From Bigelowiella natans CCMP2755 (Eukaryota > Protista > Cercozoa): a stretch of DNA of 64,000 bases. This document shows, one piece after another, positions 28,958 through 43,492 of the stretch. Below the pieces are notes generated by a model that ran no database searches, was not told the DNA's origin, and saw only the letters and a program-made list of their open reading frames with translations. The translations under genes were made by a program, and so were the position numbers. Numbering within the stretch: position 1 is the stretch's first letter; every line of letters begins with the position of its first letter. The stretch is taken from positions 111,296 to 175,295 of the forward strand of contig ADNK01001082.1 of NCBI GenBank assembly GCA_000320545.1. The letters run 5' to 3'.

Positions 28958-29319
28958 ATTTGACTATATCTTAAGTTTATCAGCCAATGCCAGCTCTTGT
29001 GCGTTGGAGTGAGGAAAAATCAAAGAAGGTGAAATACACGTGTTTAGATGATAATACCGTTTCTCCCATATTTAAGGGTTACTCTCTGAATATGCTCCTC
29101 CTCCTTCTCCTCAAGTTCTTCTCCTTTAGATCTTGCAGCCGCTGAAGAAGCAGCAGCTTTGTTGTATTTCGAGTCGTCAGAGTGAGAGAGCCAATTGCTA
29201 AGGACCTGGTAGCGTTAGGAAGAAGAACAAGTTTTGATATGATAATATCGAGACTCCTCGCCAAGAATGCTTCTTCCCGCAACAACATCGCCATGCTGTT
29301 TGAAAGGTCAGAGCCCGTG

Positions 29320-29357
<38 letters not shown>

Positions 29358-29886
29358 GGTAGCATCTTCCTTTTAACACACCCGCATGGATTCTCTGGCT
29401 TCGTCTGTCAGTCCATCAAATGGGGAGTAACTACTCGTCGTCTCGGAGTCTCTAGAAGCCAGTAGCTTTCTCTTGTTAAACACCATATGCTCCTCAATTG
29501 CCTCCTCATCAGCCTCCGTACCACCAGCTGCGACGAAGAACAGAAGGCAAGGTGAAAGGGATAGATGGTGGAAAATCGATCATCAAGTTTGTGCTGCTGT
29601 TATCGACTTAAACATAATAAACATAACAAGGACATATCCGTAGGCTGCTTCTGTACCTGTCATGTCTTTTGCCGCTGTGGTTTCTCTTCCTCCTCCTCCT
29701 CCTCCTCCTTCCCCTCCTCCGCTACCCGCCCCGCTCTCCTCGTGGAGGGAGAGAGAAGCATCAACATCTACAACATATCAGCACGTCAAAACAGGGATGG
29801 CGTTGGTTTGAAAGAACACTTTAGGCTCGATTTCCCTTTACTTCCTTCTCTCCTTATTCTAATATAAAATCGATCGGTCGGTACAG

Positions 29887-29928
<42 letters not shown>

Positions 29929-30109
29929 TCAATGCGGACAATAACCTTTGGAATCCAGGCCTTCAAACCAGCTGTAAGGCACATCCAAGCCTGTAGTGAT
30001 TGATATGGGTAGGGAGAGATAAGAACAACAACAAGGAGACAGCAATGATGACTGGTTCTTGTGGAGATGTTCTTATCCTGCGTTTGTCGGCTTTCATCAT
30101 GCCAAAAGA

Positions 30110-30148
<39 letters not shown>

Positions 30149-30350
30149 TGTGTGTGTGCTTTTTCCATACACGAATTAACGTATACTAAGAGACCACACC
30201 GACAGAAGGAGAGGGAGAGAGGTTGAGCGTTAAAAAATGTGTCATCATCACCCTCATCATCGTTTTCAAAGATTGATGTAGATTAGAGCTGCTATTACTA
30301 CTACTAATACTACCGGGGATTTGAACCGATTTTCCCAGCAACGATGCTCC

Positions 30351-30385
<35 letters not shown>

Positions 30386-30750
30386 ATCTATTAACACACA
30401 CACATATGTATGTATATATATATATATATATATATATACATTAGACATCACAGATGAAGAAGGACGCTACCGTTAGCTGTGTCGCCAGAAATGAAAAAAA
30501 TCTGACATCGTAAGCAAATACAAAGTACATCAACTCGCAAATCAACACTCCAACAATCGAGCCCGTCAAACACCATCACCTTGCCGTTTGTACTTGTCCA
30601 TATGATATCAGGAGCGCCGTTACGATCAATATCCGTTAGAACAGGAGATGTTTGGAACTTTTCCTCGGATGTGAAGGGCCAACCGCTTACATAATGACCA
30701 TCACTATCAACCTGATGCGACACAAAGATATATGCATAGAATCATGTGTG

Positions 30751-30817
<67 letters not shown>

Positions 30818-30870
30818 TCAATGTTTGTTTGTGTGTGCGGGTGCTATACGCACGCGTTTGTGTCTTTGTA

Positions 30871-30907
<37 letters not shown>

Positions 30908-30991
30908 ATATTACCATATGAAGATTTCCCTTCTTATAGCTAGGGATCAGTATCTGTCTTGACCTTCCGTCTTCGAAGCGGCCTTATTGCG

Positions 30992-31039
<48 letters not shown>

Positions 31040-31131
31040 CATGGGAGATCATGTGAGAGATGAAACACAAGTAGTACAATGATGATGATGACAACAGTCC
31101 TGACGAGTACAAGGGAAGATAGTAATCTTTT

Positions 31132-31187
<56 letters not shown>

Positions 31188-32144
31188 AAGAGGGGAGGTG
31201 GGGGAGAGAATGGGGGAGAAAGAGAAGGAGAGAGGGCAAAAAAAGCACCTATAACAGGACTTGCATACACGCCTCCTAAAATATGTGTATATTTCCATAT
31301 TTACGTCAGTACACCATAACTGCATCCTTTTCATTATGGGATAAGCAAACGTAAGTACAGGCACCAACGTCTTCGGATACTATGCGAATTCGATAGCATA
31401 TTATTATTATTATTATTATTAGTTTTTATTTATTATTTTGTATCATGATGGCAGAACTGGCATTTTTTTCCCTCGTGTTCGAAAATGGATGACGGAGACC
31501 AGGGATGGAGATGTGCCATGATATTTCCAAGTGCAAAGGGCAACGCGATTGATGAACCCCACTCGAAGAATCGACACCTGCCATATAGAGCATGTCCATC
31601 ACCGCCACACGTAAATACAGGTGTTTGATGTTTTCACCAGCAGCTCACGTGCACGTAAAGGAGGCAAAAACTATGGCTTACAGCTCCTAGGACTTCCATA
31701 TGTTGATGAAATGTGAACAGGTAGGTCCTCATTACCGAAAAAGTCGTTCTCGATGTCCAGAGGAGTGCGTTTTGTAAACTTGTTATCTACACAAAGAGGG
31801 AGGGACAACAAGACGCGAGTTACGTCAAAATAACTACCTTTCCCATTATCGTGCAAGTCGAGGAGGAAAAAACGCAAAGGAATGTTTGCAATAAACCTGG
31901 TAGATGACTCTGACTCACCACAGGTTCCGATACTGATCTCCCTTCAACGACGACGGCACCTTGCAATGTGACATCATCATCAGCATCATCGATTAGCACT
32001 TGCTTCAGGCAATGTTATATTCAGCTCTGGGAATTCGCATTATTCCTCCCAACACCTCGATGAAGAATGGAATGTACCAGATTGTCCTGGCCTTCGACTG
32101 GCCGGGAGGGCGAGGAGGGAGGAGAGGAGAAGCCATTTGCTCAT
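23079..32144 (-). CDS. DEX1 (defective in exine formation 1)-like FG-GAP repeat membrane protein, multi-exon
   Basis: Signal-like MSKWLLLSSLLALP, then SRCPLHLEISW, GWPF..FQTSPVLTDIDRNGAPDI, NPHVLANPVL, DLDFDGYDDV, DLRNYVAAGVI, TPTVCDLDMDGSMDVVV, FDGFLYVINGKTG and IDLGGEAYSMVLVDDI. C-terminal TM segment YRLVKWAMCVPFIV; stop TAG at 23079-23081. Confidence 0.85.
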
Positions 32145-32701
32145 CTCTGTCTGCCATTCCCTGATCCGTTCTCCGGTAGTAATTTCGTGCTCAAATTTTG
32201 TTTTTGCATTTTGCACCTAGAACGACTAGATGTTTTCGGTGTAAATCAGTGTTTTGCATGAAACTTGCTAAAACACTTACAATACATATCGCAGGCTCAA
32301 TCGAAAAAGTTGGTCGATTGGTAAGACAGACATCGATAATGGTCGAATTCAGAGAAAAATGCAGTACATAATTAGCGCGGGAAAGCTTTTTCGTAAGAGC
32401 AAGCTTAAATTGGCATACCTTCTGATATTTGTGCCCCTTTTTCTTAAAATTTTCGAATCCGAATCATGTCGCGATGATAAGTTACATCCCTAAATGTTGG
32501 TTGTAGTGTCTAAACGGGAACATTCCTAAGAATTAAATCTTAGCGAATTATTAAAAAGCCAGTACTTGGATTGCCGAAAAAGCCAAAGGTACACCACGTG
32601 GTCCCCCCCTCGCCCTGTTTCGCTAATTCTTATCACTCAGAACATATATTGCCTTCTACCTCAGAGAAGCAAAGTCAATAGGGTGGTATACGTTATAGCC
32701 T
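32145..32701. promoter_or_regulatory. Probable bidirectional promoter region (DEX1-like / M28 peptidase)
   Basis: Divergent start codons about 557 bp apart. Confidence 0.45.
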
Positions 32702-33926
32702 ATGATTTGGGCTACCCTCGCCATCTGTGCGTTGGGCACTGGAGGGGTAACTAAGCATGCATGCAACTGAATATCCAACGTTCTACCCTTCTGAATTGTA
32801 TCCGGGATTAAATTTCCTGCTAGACCATTGTGAAAGTTTGGGATTTTTTGAGCCTGAGATGGATGCGAGGGGTTGTGCAGTGCTTACATTCACGAAACAG
32901 AATCAGAGAGAGTTCTGATTCGTTTATGTTCGGCAGTGTGCGTCCATACAAGCACATTCAACGATTCGAACATAATCCTTCGATGTTGCTATTTCAGACT
33001 CCTCTTCAACGATGGACTGGCGGAGGTGCGGTGAAACAATCCAGTTTTCGCCGTGGAGTTGCCTCCCCGCTGGCTTCGTCACGACCTCGCAGCATTCGTG
33101 TCGGCGCAATAAAGCATTTGAGAAGAAAACAACGACGTGCGAGGTACATTGAGAGTAGGAATTACCTAGCACCATTAGCACGGGCGCTTTACTTTTCATT
33201 TTTGCCTTATAAAGGAATAAAAAGCCACGGTTAATAAGTTTTGCACTGCACTTACCCACGAATACCAGCATTTATATTTCGTTGATTAAGCAAATCGAGT
33301 TAGTTTACAAAGCATTCTCTTTGTAGTTTTGCCCCTCCCCCGTCTTCCCTTTCATGGAGAAGTAACAGCGAGATCCGGGGGGGTCACGCACGGAGTGCTT
33401 CTTCCCTGCTACTCCTTCGAAGCCACGCACGTAAGACAATGATTGGGGTTCCTGAGGAGCACATGTTCAACGACCTCGAGCCTTACAGCGCATTCGAGCG
33501 ACGTCATCAGGAAAAGCAAAAGGACGGAGGGTTAGTAAGAGTAGAAGAAGATACACGATCGCATAATGAAAGCTTGCAAAACCCAAACAATTTGCCGAAT
33601 TGCACAATGTAATCGTGTTCTTTCGCCGCCACCTATATCCGGCATTAGACCTGCCATTCCGAGCATCTCATCTTCCCCGATTTTGGACGAGCTTTCTCGC
33701 AAGATGGCCCCGAATAAATGGGCTGAGGAGGTGGAGAGCCTAGTGGAAGTTGCAGAGTCAAGGTTTGCAGGGGGCGCTGGGGTTGAGAGAGCTGAGAGCT
33801 ATCTCCGGCAAGAATTCGAGAACATTGGTCTCAACGTGGAGGTGCACGATACGGAATGCTTCATTAAATCAAACGGGAAACGACGGTACTAAGTAGCAAG
33901 TAGAAAGTAGTAGTAGTAGTAGTAAA

Positions 33927-33965
<39 letters not shown>

Positions 33966-34648
33966 TTGTTGTAGGAGGATGAGAATCAGGAGGAGGGGGG
34001 CGAGTGGAAGTAGCAGGAAGAAGTAGCGGTGTCACTAGTCAAACAGCAACATGCAGCTATAACGATCTTTAGAAGCGAAACGCTACACAAAGCATCCTTA
34101 TGCAGCAGAGGCGCAAAGAGTGTACGTTCTTGTAATGCTGGTTTATGAACCTGTGTCTTCTGCTTCTTCTTCTTCTTCTTTAAACAGCTACTTCGATAAC
34201 GGCGAGCCAGCATTCCCCGTGCGAAACGTCATTGCGACGTTGCCGGGAAAGAAGGCCGGGAACACGGAGGATGAATACATTCTAATCGGAGCTCATTTCG
34301 ACTCTCGAAATAACATCTTATCCAACTTTAATCCTGCTCCTGGGGCCGACGACAACGGATCAGGTGATAATTTGCCTTTTAATTCTCGAAAGACGCTGAA
34401 CAGCAGATAAGAGATTCGAGCGAGCGGCTAGAATGAATATGCCGTGAATAAGATCTTCGTCTTCTTTTTCTTCTTCTTCTCTTCACTTGCTTTCTTACTT
34501 ACTTAGGCGTGGCAGCTGTGATGCAATCCGCTCGATTCCTGGCAGAGTATAGTCGAAAGGCAGGGGGGTTTGATAAAACGATCAAATTTGCTCTTTTTGG
34601 AGGAGAGGAAGTCGGGCTAATCGGCAGCGAAGCATACGTAATAGTAAC

Positions 34649-34690
<42 letters not shown>

Positions 34691-34876
34691 TTATAAGTCT
34701 CATAAACTATGTAGATTTGGAAAAATGAACACAGCACTACACAGTAGTTAGTTACAAAGTGCAATTCGAACTTAAAATGATGATGTCTCTCTGATAATGA
34801 TCTTGGGAGATTGTCCCACTCCTCTCTCTTTCTCTCTCCCCTTCCTCCCCCTTCCGCATTCCCCCTCTCTCTCTTT

Positions 34877-34912
<36 letters not shown>

Positions 34913-34957
34913 GCGTTTTTGGTATTTTTCCGTAGCGCTGTAATCCAATTTAAATGC

Positions 34958-35024
<67 letters not shown>

Positions 35025-38000
35025 CTCGTTCTATCGTCAACATCTAGGTGAAATCATGCGTTTTACCGAATAACGGCCGTGAAAAGATGAAAGGCGCCAT
35101 AATTCTTGACCAAATCGGTTTCTTAAAGAAGAATCCTGACTCATCGTCGCCGACGAAGGGAATTCCGAAAGCGAGGCTTGTTTTTGAGGTTGAGCTTCTT
35201 TTTTGAAGCGACGCATGTCCATGTCTATGGAGGAGTGTTGGATACAAGAGTCAGCTATGCATATACATATAATATACATTTAATTTTTTATTTAAGTTCC
35301 TTGTTCATAAATCATTGTATCTTATTGCTTTCAGACCGTGAAAACAACAACGATGGGGACATCGAAGCACATTGAGAATATGGTAGTAGCGACATTTGTA
35401 GCCAACGACGAGTACTGATGAAGAAAACAACAGACATGAAGGCTTTCGATAGTGCAAACGCTAGTAACGCGTGCGACAATGACATTCGATCGATCATGCC
35501 GTAGAATGAATAAGCAGATGTTATTGTCGGTGTGAAATAACCGTGTTCCATGTAAAGCCTTATCGTCTCGTCGCTGCCTCCTCTTTCTCTATGCTAGGTT
35601 CGGTCACTTGGATCATTAGCCATCGACGCAGCTAGAGGGGAGGACAATATTGAGCTGTATTGCAATTGGTAGTAATCATACTTATACTAAGACAACGCTT
35701 TCAACGTCATTTGATCACATATAACAACAAACATAGCTCACCACATGTAGAACGCGAACAAGAAATAGAGAGGGGGGGAGGGGGGGTTAAACAGAGCCGC
35801 ATATATAAGGTTTGTGCTTTAATGTAAGGTTTGGCGTTGGATCGGATCATATGCCGTTTTTGGAGAATGACCTTCCTGCTGTGCTGCTCATTGCTCGTGA
35901 CTACCTAGCCAACGAAGGAAAACATTCCTCGTAAGATGAAGATGAAGAAGGAAAGGAAGAAAAAAAAAGGAGGAGACAGAAACTATCGATGTGTCCTCAT
36001 TTCAACAACGATTATTAGTAATAATGATAACTCAACCGGTAGATGAGGAATCATTGTGTTAGCACACAGAATTATATCACTCTCCAGTATTCAAACATTG
36101 GCCGCGATGCTGCTGCTGCTGCTGCTTTTAGGTTTGACACCCTTGAGAAACTCGATGTGGAACAAGGAGCTCTCATCAGCCAAATAGGCTGCCTTGCTGC
36201 TTTGCACATGGCAGGATACGATTTCACGAACGAAGCTTCACCAGAGCGATATGAGGTGGGATTAGAGACCGCAAATCCATATTATTCACTACAACAGCAA
36301 CACTCACTCCTTGTTACATCTATACATGTAATACACAGCAGCCTTCGCGGTCTGAAGTCGCAGCGGTAGAGAGCAGCAGCAGCAGCGTCCCTCCAAGCGT
36401 GGGCTCTCATGATCCATATGCTCCTCCTCCTCCTGAGAAGAAGAAGATGGAAGATAATGATAAGAAGAAAAAGGAAATCCTCGAAGCGCAAGGGGGGGAC
36501 AACGAAGACAAGGTGGTAAGTTGGCGGCGTGTGTGACGATTTCCATGAGAGACAGTACCAGCAAAACCAACAATATACATATATAATATGGAATAATAAC
36601 AGGAGGAATATGAAAATGACGTGGACCCCAAAGAAGCAGAATTGGCTAGATTAGAGGCTGAGCTTGCTCGACATCAAGCAGCTCTATCAGCCAATCCAGG
36701 ATTTGCCGTTAAAATCACTGAAATTGGCGGCGGCGACGACGACGAAAAGGACACGAAAGAAGATGAGGTCGTCATCAAGGGAGAGGATACTGCTGCTGCT
36801 GCTGTTGCTGCTGCTCCTGTGACCAGCAGTGAAAAGCACCAGAAGGAGGAGGAGGTTGATTGTGTGTTTCTTTCAATTTGAACGAGTGAGGATGTCTCTC
36901 TTTAAGCTGAATCAAAGACGAATTTCAACCAACCTATCTTTTTGTCATCATTACCATCATCATCAGCATTAGCATCATCATCATCATCATCATCATCACC
37001 ATCATCATCATCGCTATCACCATCGTCGTTGTCGTCATCATCATAACCGTGTGTCAATGTTGTGCTTGGGTAACGGTTCTACAGGATTCCCGTTCTGACG
37101 AATTTATTATGAATGCGTTGGAATACGCGAAGAAAACGGAGGTGCGTGCGTGGTGCGTGGTGCGTGGTGTGTTTTTCTTCCTTTTTCTCGTGAGTACTAG
37201 TAAGAGCCATCGCAGTCGCATACTCTTTCTACCCCCCCTCCAACCAATCCAAAAAACGAACAAAACGTCAGCAAACATCAGTACGGCAGTTCTTCAGTCT
37301 CCTTCCTCCGTGCATATTAGAACACAGCCACCAACCATCATCATCATCATCATCGTCGTCGTCATCGTCATCATCAGATCGACACGCACCGGCTTGCGTT
37401 CTACCCCTCATGGTCAGAGTGGCAATCTCGCAACCAAGAAAGAGCGGCTGAGATCATAGACGCTCTCCACGCCAAGGAGGCAGCTGAAGCAGCAGATCCC
37501 CAAACGCTCGAGCAGCGTTTGGCATCGCTCCGAAAAGTCCTCTCCCCCCCCGAGCTCGGCACCTCTAAAAGCCTATGGGGCGACGTAGCAAAGACGTCCT
37601 CATGGGGTGCGGAGGGAGAGAAATCGAGTGGCGACAACGCATCACAAGACAGTGTTTATCAGCCTCCTAAATGGTCAGTGGATTCGTTCTTGGATAAGAT
37701 CGAAGGGGGGGGGGCGGAAGAGAGCAGCAGTAGCAGCACTGAGCAATTGCCGCCGCTCATCATTCAAGGAGAGGAAGAGGAGGAAGAGACTTCTTTGAGA
37801 ATAGATCAGCCAATAGCAGAGTTCAGCAACCAGGGAGAGGATATTACCAAGGCGACGGCAGTGGTGGTACACCTCCCTCCCCATTTCGTTATTTCTGTAT
37901 CTGCTTCTCTTCTTCGAGGCGCTTTGCGAAGGAGGGGATGTTGATGATAACAATATGTAAAGGAATAGAGAAGGAGAGCATGGGTTTGGATGATAGGCTA

Positions 38001-38440
38001 TATATGTGCTCACTATGATGCAGCACTTATTATCGTTTATTGCTCGATAAACTAGGAAACTCTTCTTCTTCTTCTTCTTCTTACAACCATACTCATCAAA
38101 TTTAGGACGACTCTGATGCTATCATAGTAATCGAGGAGGAAGAACCGTCTACTCCCCCTCCATCGACTGACTCTTCAACAAGCACCGAAAGCAGTGATAT
38201 CAGCGGCAGTGGCGTCGAGCAGGAGCAGAGTGAGGCTAAGGAGCAAGCTGAAGAGCTGCAAGAAGTACAATCACCAGCAGCCCCCGCGGCCCATCAACTG
38301 CAAGCAGACGAGAATCACCAGCACGTAGATAATGATGAAGATAACCATGCAGAGGAGGAGAACGAGGAGGAGGAGAAGGAGGAGGAAAAACACCCTGTAG
38401 TGGCGGAAGAGGGAGAGCGTGCAGCAACAGCTGCATCCTC

Positions 38441-38476
<36 letters not shown>

Positions 38477-39227
38477 TCCCTTCGTGTCAAAAGACGGCAT
38501 GGAAGTGAAAGCTGGTGATGAAATCGTCATCAATGGGGTTCATTACCGTGTCAAGCCGGTCATATTCGGGGGAGGAGAGATGGAAGGGGACGACATCGCT
38601 ACCACTACTGCTGCTGCTACTACTACTACTGCGTCGCTATCAGCAGAAGAACAGCCAGTCTCGTTGCTGCTTGAGAGCGATGGTATTAACACCAAAGAAT
38701 ATGAGACGCAGCAGGTCAGTAATTGTGACAATGATGACGATATAATCACAATATATTGAATTGAATATATGTGCATATTATCATGAGAGCAGCTTCCTTT
38801 TGCCTTACCCTTTAATGAAACAATGCTGGAGCAATTTCAAACGTTGTTGTGTGTGCTACTCTCTCTGTATTGCTCGCGACTGAACCGTGCTGCTCTTTGA
38901 ATATTAGGTGCTGCGGGTGGTTGCGGAGCGTTTGGCCCAATTCGAAAGCGATCTGGAAGAAGAAAAGCAAACACTGGCCGATTTAGAGCTCAAGCTCATC
39001 GATGCAGAAATCAGGGTATAACAAATGGGAAGGGGGGGTGGGGGGGGGGACAAAATGATGTATTAGATATATATTATATGTCTAAATAAGCTTGAGTAAT
39101 TTATCCTATATAATGGGTAAGAAGAAGAAGCCAAATACTTATCAGGCCGAGGCTGGTGAGGAGGAGGACCTCATAACGCAGGCTATAGGCTCTGATGTCG
39201 ACTTCGATGCACCGGAAAATATGCCAA

Positions 39228-39271
<44 letters not shown>

Positions 39272-39668
39272 TCATATATACACACATATGTAATATGTAT
39301 CATATGAGATAAATCACCGAGACGCTAGAGACTACCACTCAAACCACATCCGCCAGTGCGGTGTGCATGATGACGTCGCAATAATTATGAGAAGAGGATA
39401 GATAGGGATCGAAGGCAGTGGCAAAGTTGTCAGTCATGGTTCTTCATGTTCCTTTGAGACTGTACACTGATATATGTGTGTGAGCCAATCGCTACCACCA
39501 CACGTGTTTTGGAGCAGCACGCCTCTTATCATACATGTTCGCACACACAACAGAGAACTGGAAAAAGACGGCAGATGTGATTAGTGAGGAGATCATCCAA
39601 TCGTGTCGTAAGGTGCCTTCTCATCTGCCAATGTTGATTCTGTATTTTGATGATGGAACATTCAAAGC

Positions 39669-39703
<35 letters not shown>

Positions 39704-42209
39704 TGTTTGTTTGTTTGTTTAACGGTTTCTTTGTTCCCAAGGTTGGGCGATTAAAGGCGCAAATTCGAGCACTTCGATATGGAGGTATGTATGCATATAT
39801 ATATAAATACGAACAACTACTGCCTCAATATACTACCTGCATCATCGTATAAACGTAATCATTGGTTCAATGCAATTTATAGGAGATCCGCAGCAGCATC
39901 AGCCTGAGGCGGACGATGTCTCTTCTTCTTCTCCTTCCACACCAGGTCTCATTTCAATAAATCCCAAATCACAAGTAGGATGCATTGGTAGCTGGGGAAT
40001 GCGTGTCCTTTTGCATTTTTCCTTGCTGGTGATAGTGCCAATACCAGTTTTGATGCGTGCCCGTTAGATGCTCTTGATTTGGGGGGTTTAAACTGTTTTG
40101 TTTTGTCGCTCATTCATTCACTAAGGCGTCCCTGTGAGGTATCATGATGGGAGGATGAGGTACAAGCTGATGAAGTTCTTTGAGCACGAGGACGATGAAG
40201 GTGGTGACGCTTTCAGTTAAGACGAACATGTATTCGTTGTCAGCACAGTAACATGCATTGATCTATACACAATACAATGCCTCTATTTCTCAGGTATGCA
40301 CCAGGTCACGTCGAGGCTTTTCTATCGCTTTGCCGACGATGGATCGGTGATATGACTACATTCCAGCCTACACCACATCATCATAAATGCTGTGTGTATT
40401 ATGCACGCCACCCTCCTTTACTATGTATCCATAGTACATGACGATGACTGTCAAACCACGTGAATGCAGCAGAATCACGATGTTGTTTGAACGAAGCATG
40501 TGTTGTGCTGTACTCTTCCTTATCGTTCTCCTCCCCTTCCACAGATTGAGCTACTGGGGGAAAAGGAGGTGGGTCGCGAGCAAGTTAGGCCTCCTCCGGC
40601 AGTCTCCCTGGAACAGCCATCAAAAGAAGACTCTGATCACGTAGACAAGAAGGATGAAAAGGAAACCGACGAAAATGAGACTGGTAGTGAGATGGATATT
40701 GCGGCAGTGGTAGCTGTTGAATCTGAGAAGGAGGGAGGGGAGGGGGAATTTTCTTCTCCGTTTTCAGCGCAAGACGATTTTCCCAATGAAGAGGAGTATT
40801 CCGAAGGAGAGATAAAGGAAGAGGAAGAAGAAGAAGAAAAGGCAGCTGTAATGAGCGATGGCGCTGCTGTGGCAGAAGCTTCTTATGAGACCGAATCAAC
40901 GCCACCCCCTCCTCCTCCTGCTGCAGCTGCTGAAGAGATGGTAGAGCATGGAGAAGAAGGACAAAAAGAACCTCAAATGGAGATCGAAGAATATGTAGAA
41001 GATGCGGCAGCGGAGGAGGAAGTAGATGATATCCAGGCTATTTCTACACAGCAGCAGCAGCAGCAGCAACAACAACAAGAAGAAGAAGAAGAAGATCTAG
41101 TGGGAGAGGAGGAAGAGAAAGAGGCCTTTTCTCACACCCTTTCTCACACGACATCCGTGGAATCCGGGCATGAATTTGAGGAGGAAGATGGATTGACTCG
41201 AGAGCCTTTATCTTCTTCATTCACGATGATAACTGAGGAGTCAGCAGCGAACGAAATGGCGGTCTTTGAGGAGGAGGACAGGGGGGAGGAAGAAGAAGAA
41301 GAATCGCTTACTCAGATAACACCACCACCACCATCATTACCATCATCACCATCACCATCGCTCCTTCACGAGGATACACATCACCACGATCATTCCGACG
41401 AAGAAGAGAGACACAGGTCACCAATCATCATTGCTTACTATAGAACAGATCATCTCATATTATAATAATAAGAAGAAGAAGAAGAAGCAAAATCACGTTT
41501 GCTGTGAATGAGATAGGTGTTGGTAATAATACTACCATGCTTGAGACATGTTGAAGTAGCGGGCATAGAATTGAAACGTGCTAGATATTGAAATTTAGGA
41601 TTGAATGGGAGACAAGCGACGAATTATGAGTCTTGAGCTTAGCGCTGAACCCATTTACGAACATAAGGATATATTAAATATTTCTGTACGTGTGTGTGTG
41701 TGTGTTGTACTTCCTATGGGTGACAGCAAATGCCAAGATAAGGGAGATAAGTGCTGCTACTGTTTTTCTCTCAATAAATATCATACTAACATATAATTAT
41801 TCTTAGGGCTATTGCTGCGGAAAGCTTTTCGATTCCTGATTTTCCCTCTGATGATGCACCAAAGCCAGACGAGAAACACGACAGTAACGACAACCAAATC
41901 CATCACCACGACAAAGCCGATGATGAAAAAAATTATCAGGCATTCGATTCGTTAGATAGCGATTTCCCCCGAATCGATAGTGGCGATTTCCGTAGAGTTG
42001 AAGTAGAGAGCGAGAGTAACGCTTCTATTGAGGGCAGCGAAGAGGCAACATCGATGGCAAATGCACAGAATAGTAACGGCGTCCGAGAGTCTTCCACAGC
42101 TCATATTGATAGCAACGATGAAGATGTTCATGGCGCAGACGGTAATCGGACACATCTGTCATCCGCCGAAATTATGCTACTCAAACTTTTAGAGGAAACA
42201 ATCTTGTAA
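32702..42209 (+). CDS. M28 family zinc aminopeptidase with bipartite leader and very long acidic/coiled-coil C-terminal extension, multi-exon
   Basis: MIWATLAICALGTGG plus in-phase R/S-rich exons. M28 motifs NVIATLPG, IGAHFDS, PGADDNGSG, GGEEVGLIGS, ILDQIG, SDHMPF and EGKHSS. In-phase exons continue through E/D/Q-rich sequence (including ORF 40500-41465) to TAA at 42207-42209. Some tail junctions were not checked. Confidence 0.78.
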
Positions 42210-42300
42210 CGATGTCATTCTAACATTCAACTAGTGCAATATGCACTAATAATAGACATAACACTGTCTGATAATGTTTTCCATCAAATTTTCAAATGGC

Positions 42301-42960
42301 GATGGCGCCATCTAGCCATGCAGCACCACGTGTGAAATCAGCAAACACATGCTAGCATGTGCTAGGCTAGTAGGTTTTGTGAAAACAAAAATGGCTGCAT
42401 TGCAACTGCGAGAAGCATACACCGTGCTAGCATGGCTAGATCTAGATGTGGCAGGCTTGCGTCGCCATGCACATCTTGCAATCTAGACATGCATGGCGCT
42501 GTCACTCCAGCGATCGAGTGCTAGACTGCCAAACTGATGCATGCTGTTTCTCTAATTTCTGCCACATTGCATGCTGCTGCTGTCGGTCTAGCGGTTCCAC
42601 AACTCCGTCAAACCTGCAATGAATCGTGAGATTGAGCATTTGGAAGCTTTTGCGCTCGAATCGCGCGCAAGAGCTCAATTGCAAGAGCTGCTGCGTGATG
42701 GATGTCTAGATGTTGGATTTGCTCGCATTTCTAGATTTCTTGTTCGGGATTTTTCGTGCACGTTGTGTGGATTGTGCAAGCACATGCGTCAAAGCATTCA
42801 AAATGTGTGGCAGAGAACAAACGCGCAGCGTGCAACCTGAACACAACCGGTGTGAAATTTTCAACTCTGCTAGCTAGCTAGTCTGCGTGCTCTGCGGTTG
42901 GATCAGGTCACGAGTGCGACTCCATGATGCATGTGAAATTTTCCTGCGACAATGATTTTT
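42301..42960. other. TpA-depleted, CTAG-retaining intergenic island
   Basis: By-eye count: 18 TpA in 660 bp, 15 of them in CTAG. TG/CA-rich (tgca, catg, gcac). Confidence 0.85.
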
Positions 42961-43492
42961 ACTTGTCGTACGGAACAACGCCACACTCTAAGTCTCCGAA
43001 AATTTCTCAGAGTCCTTGCCGAGAAGGCATAAATAAGCTAATCCAAGGAGACAACATGAAAAAGACACAGATTTATGCTTGCATCATTGTCAAATAGAGA
43101 GGTTTAGCTAGAAATTCGGAATGTGACTTCAATCTGAAAAAAGGGGTTCTCACGCGGGCACCGGCGATGAAGAAAGCAAACCCAGAAAGTTCGTGCGCAC
43201 GAAATATAAATTTACGGTTTAACCATGAAATCCTTACAATTATTCATTTTTGATCTAAATTTGAAAAGAATTTGACAAAATACTCCCTCGTCTTGCATTG
43301 AGACATCCTCTTTTGAGTCTAACCAGGCCACTCTGCACATTTCCCGAAAGGTGACGAGAGGGCCTTACCACATAGCACAGAGGGGGGGAGGATTCATTTT
43401 TAATTTTTGAAGAGACGTGCGTATTGATTCAATTTTCCCCTTATAAACTGAATATAAAACTAATTGTTATATGTAATTCATAGAAAGTTAAC

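Noticed and set aside
42301-42960. Classical RIP or CpG-methylation decay as the cause of TG/CA richness
   Set aside because: CpG is plentiful and TpA is lost rather than gained, the opposite of RIP.
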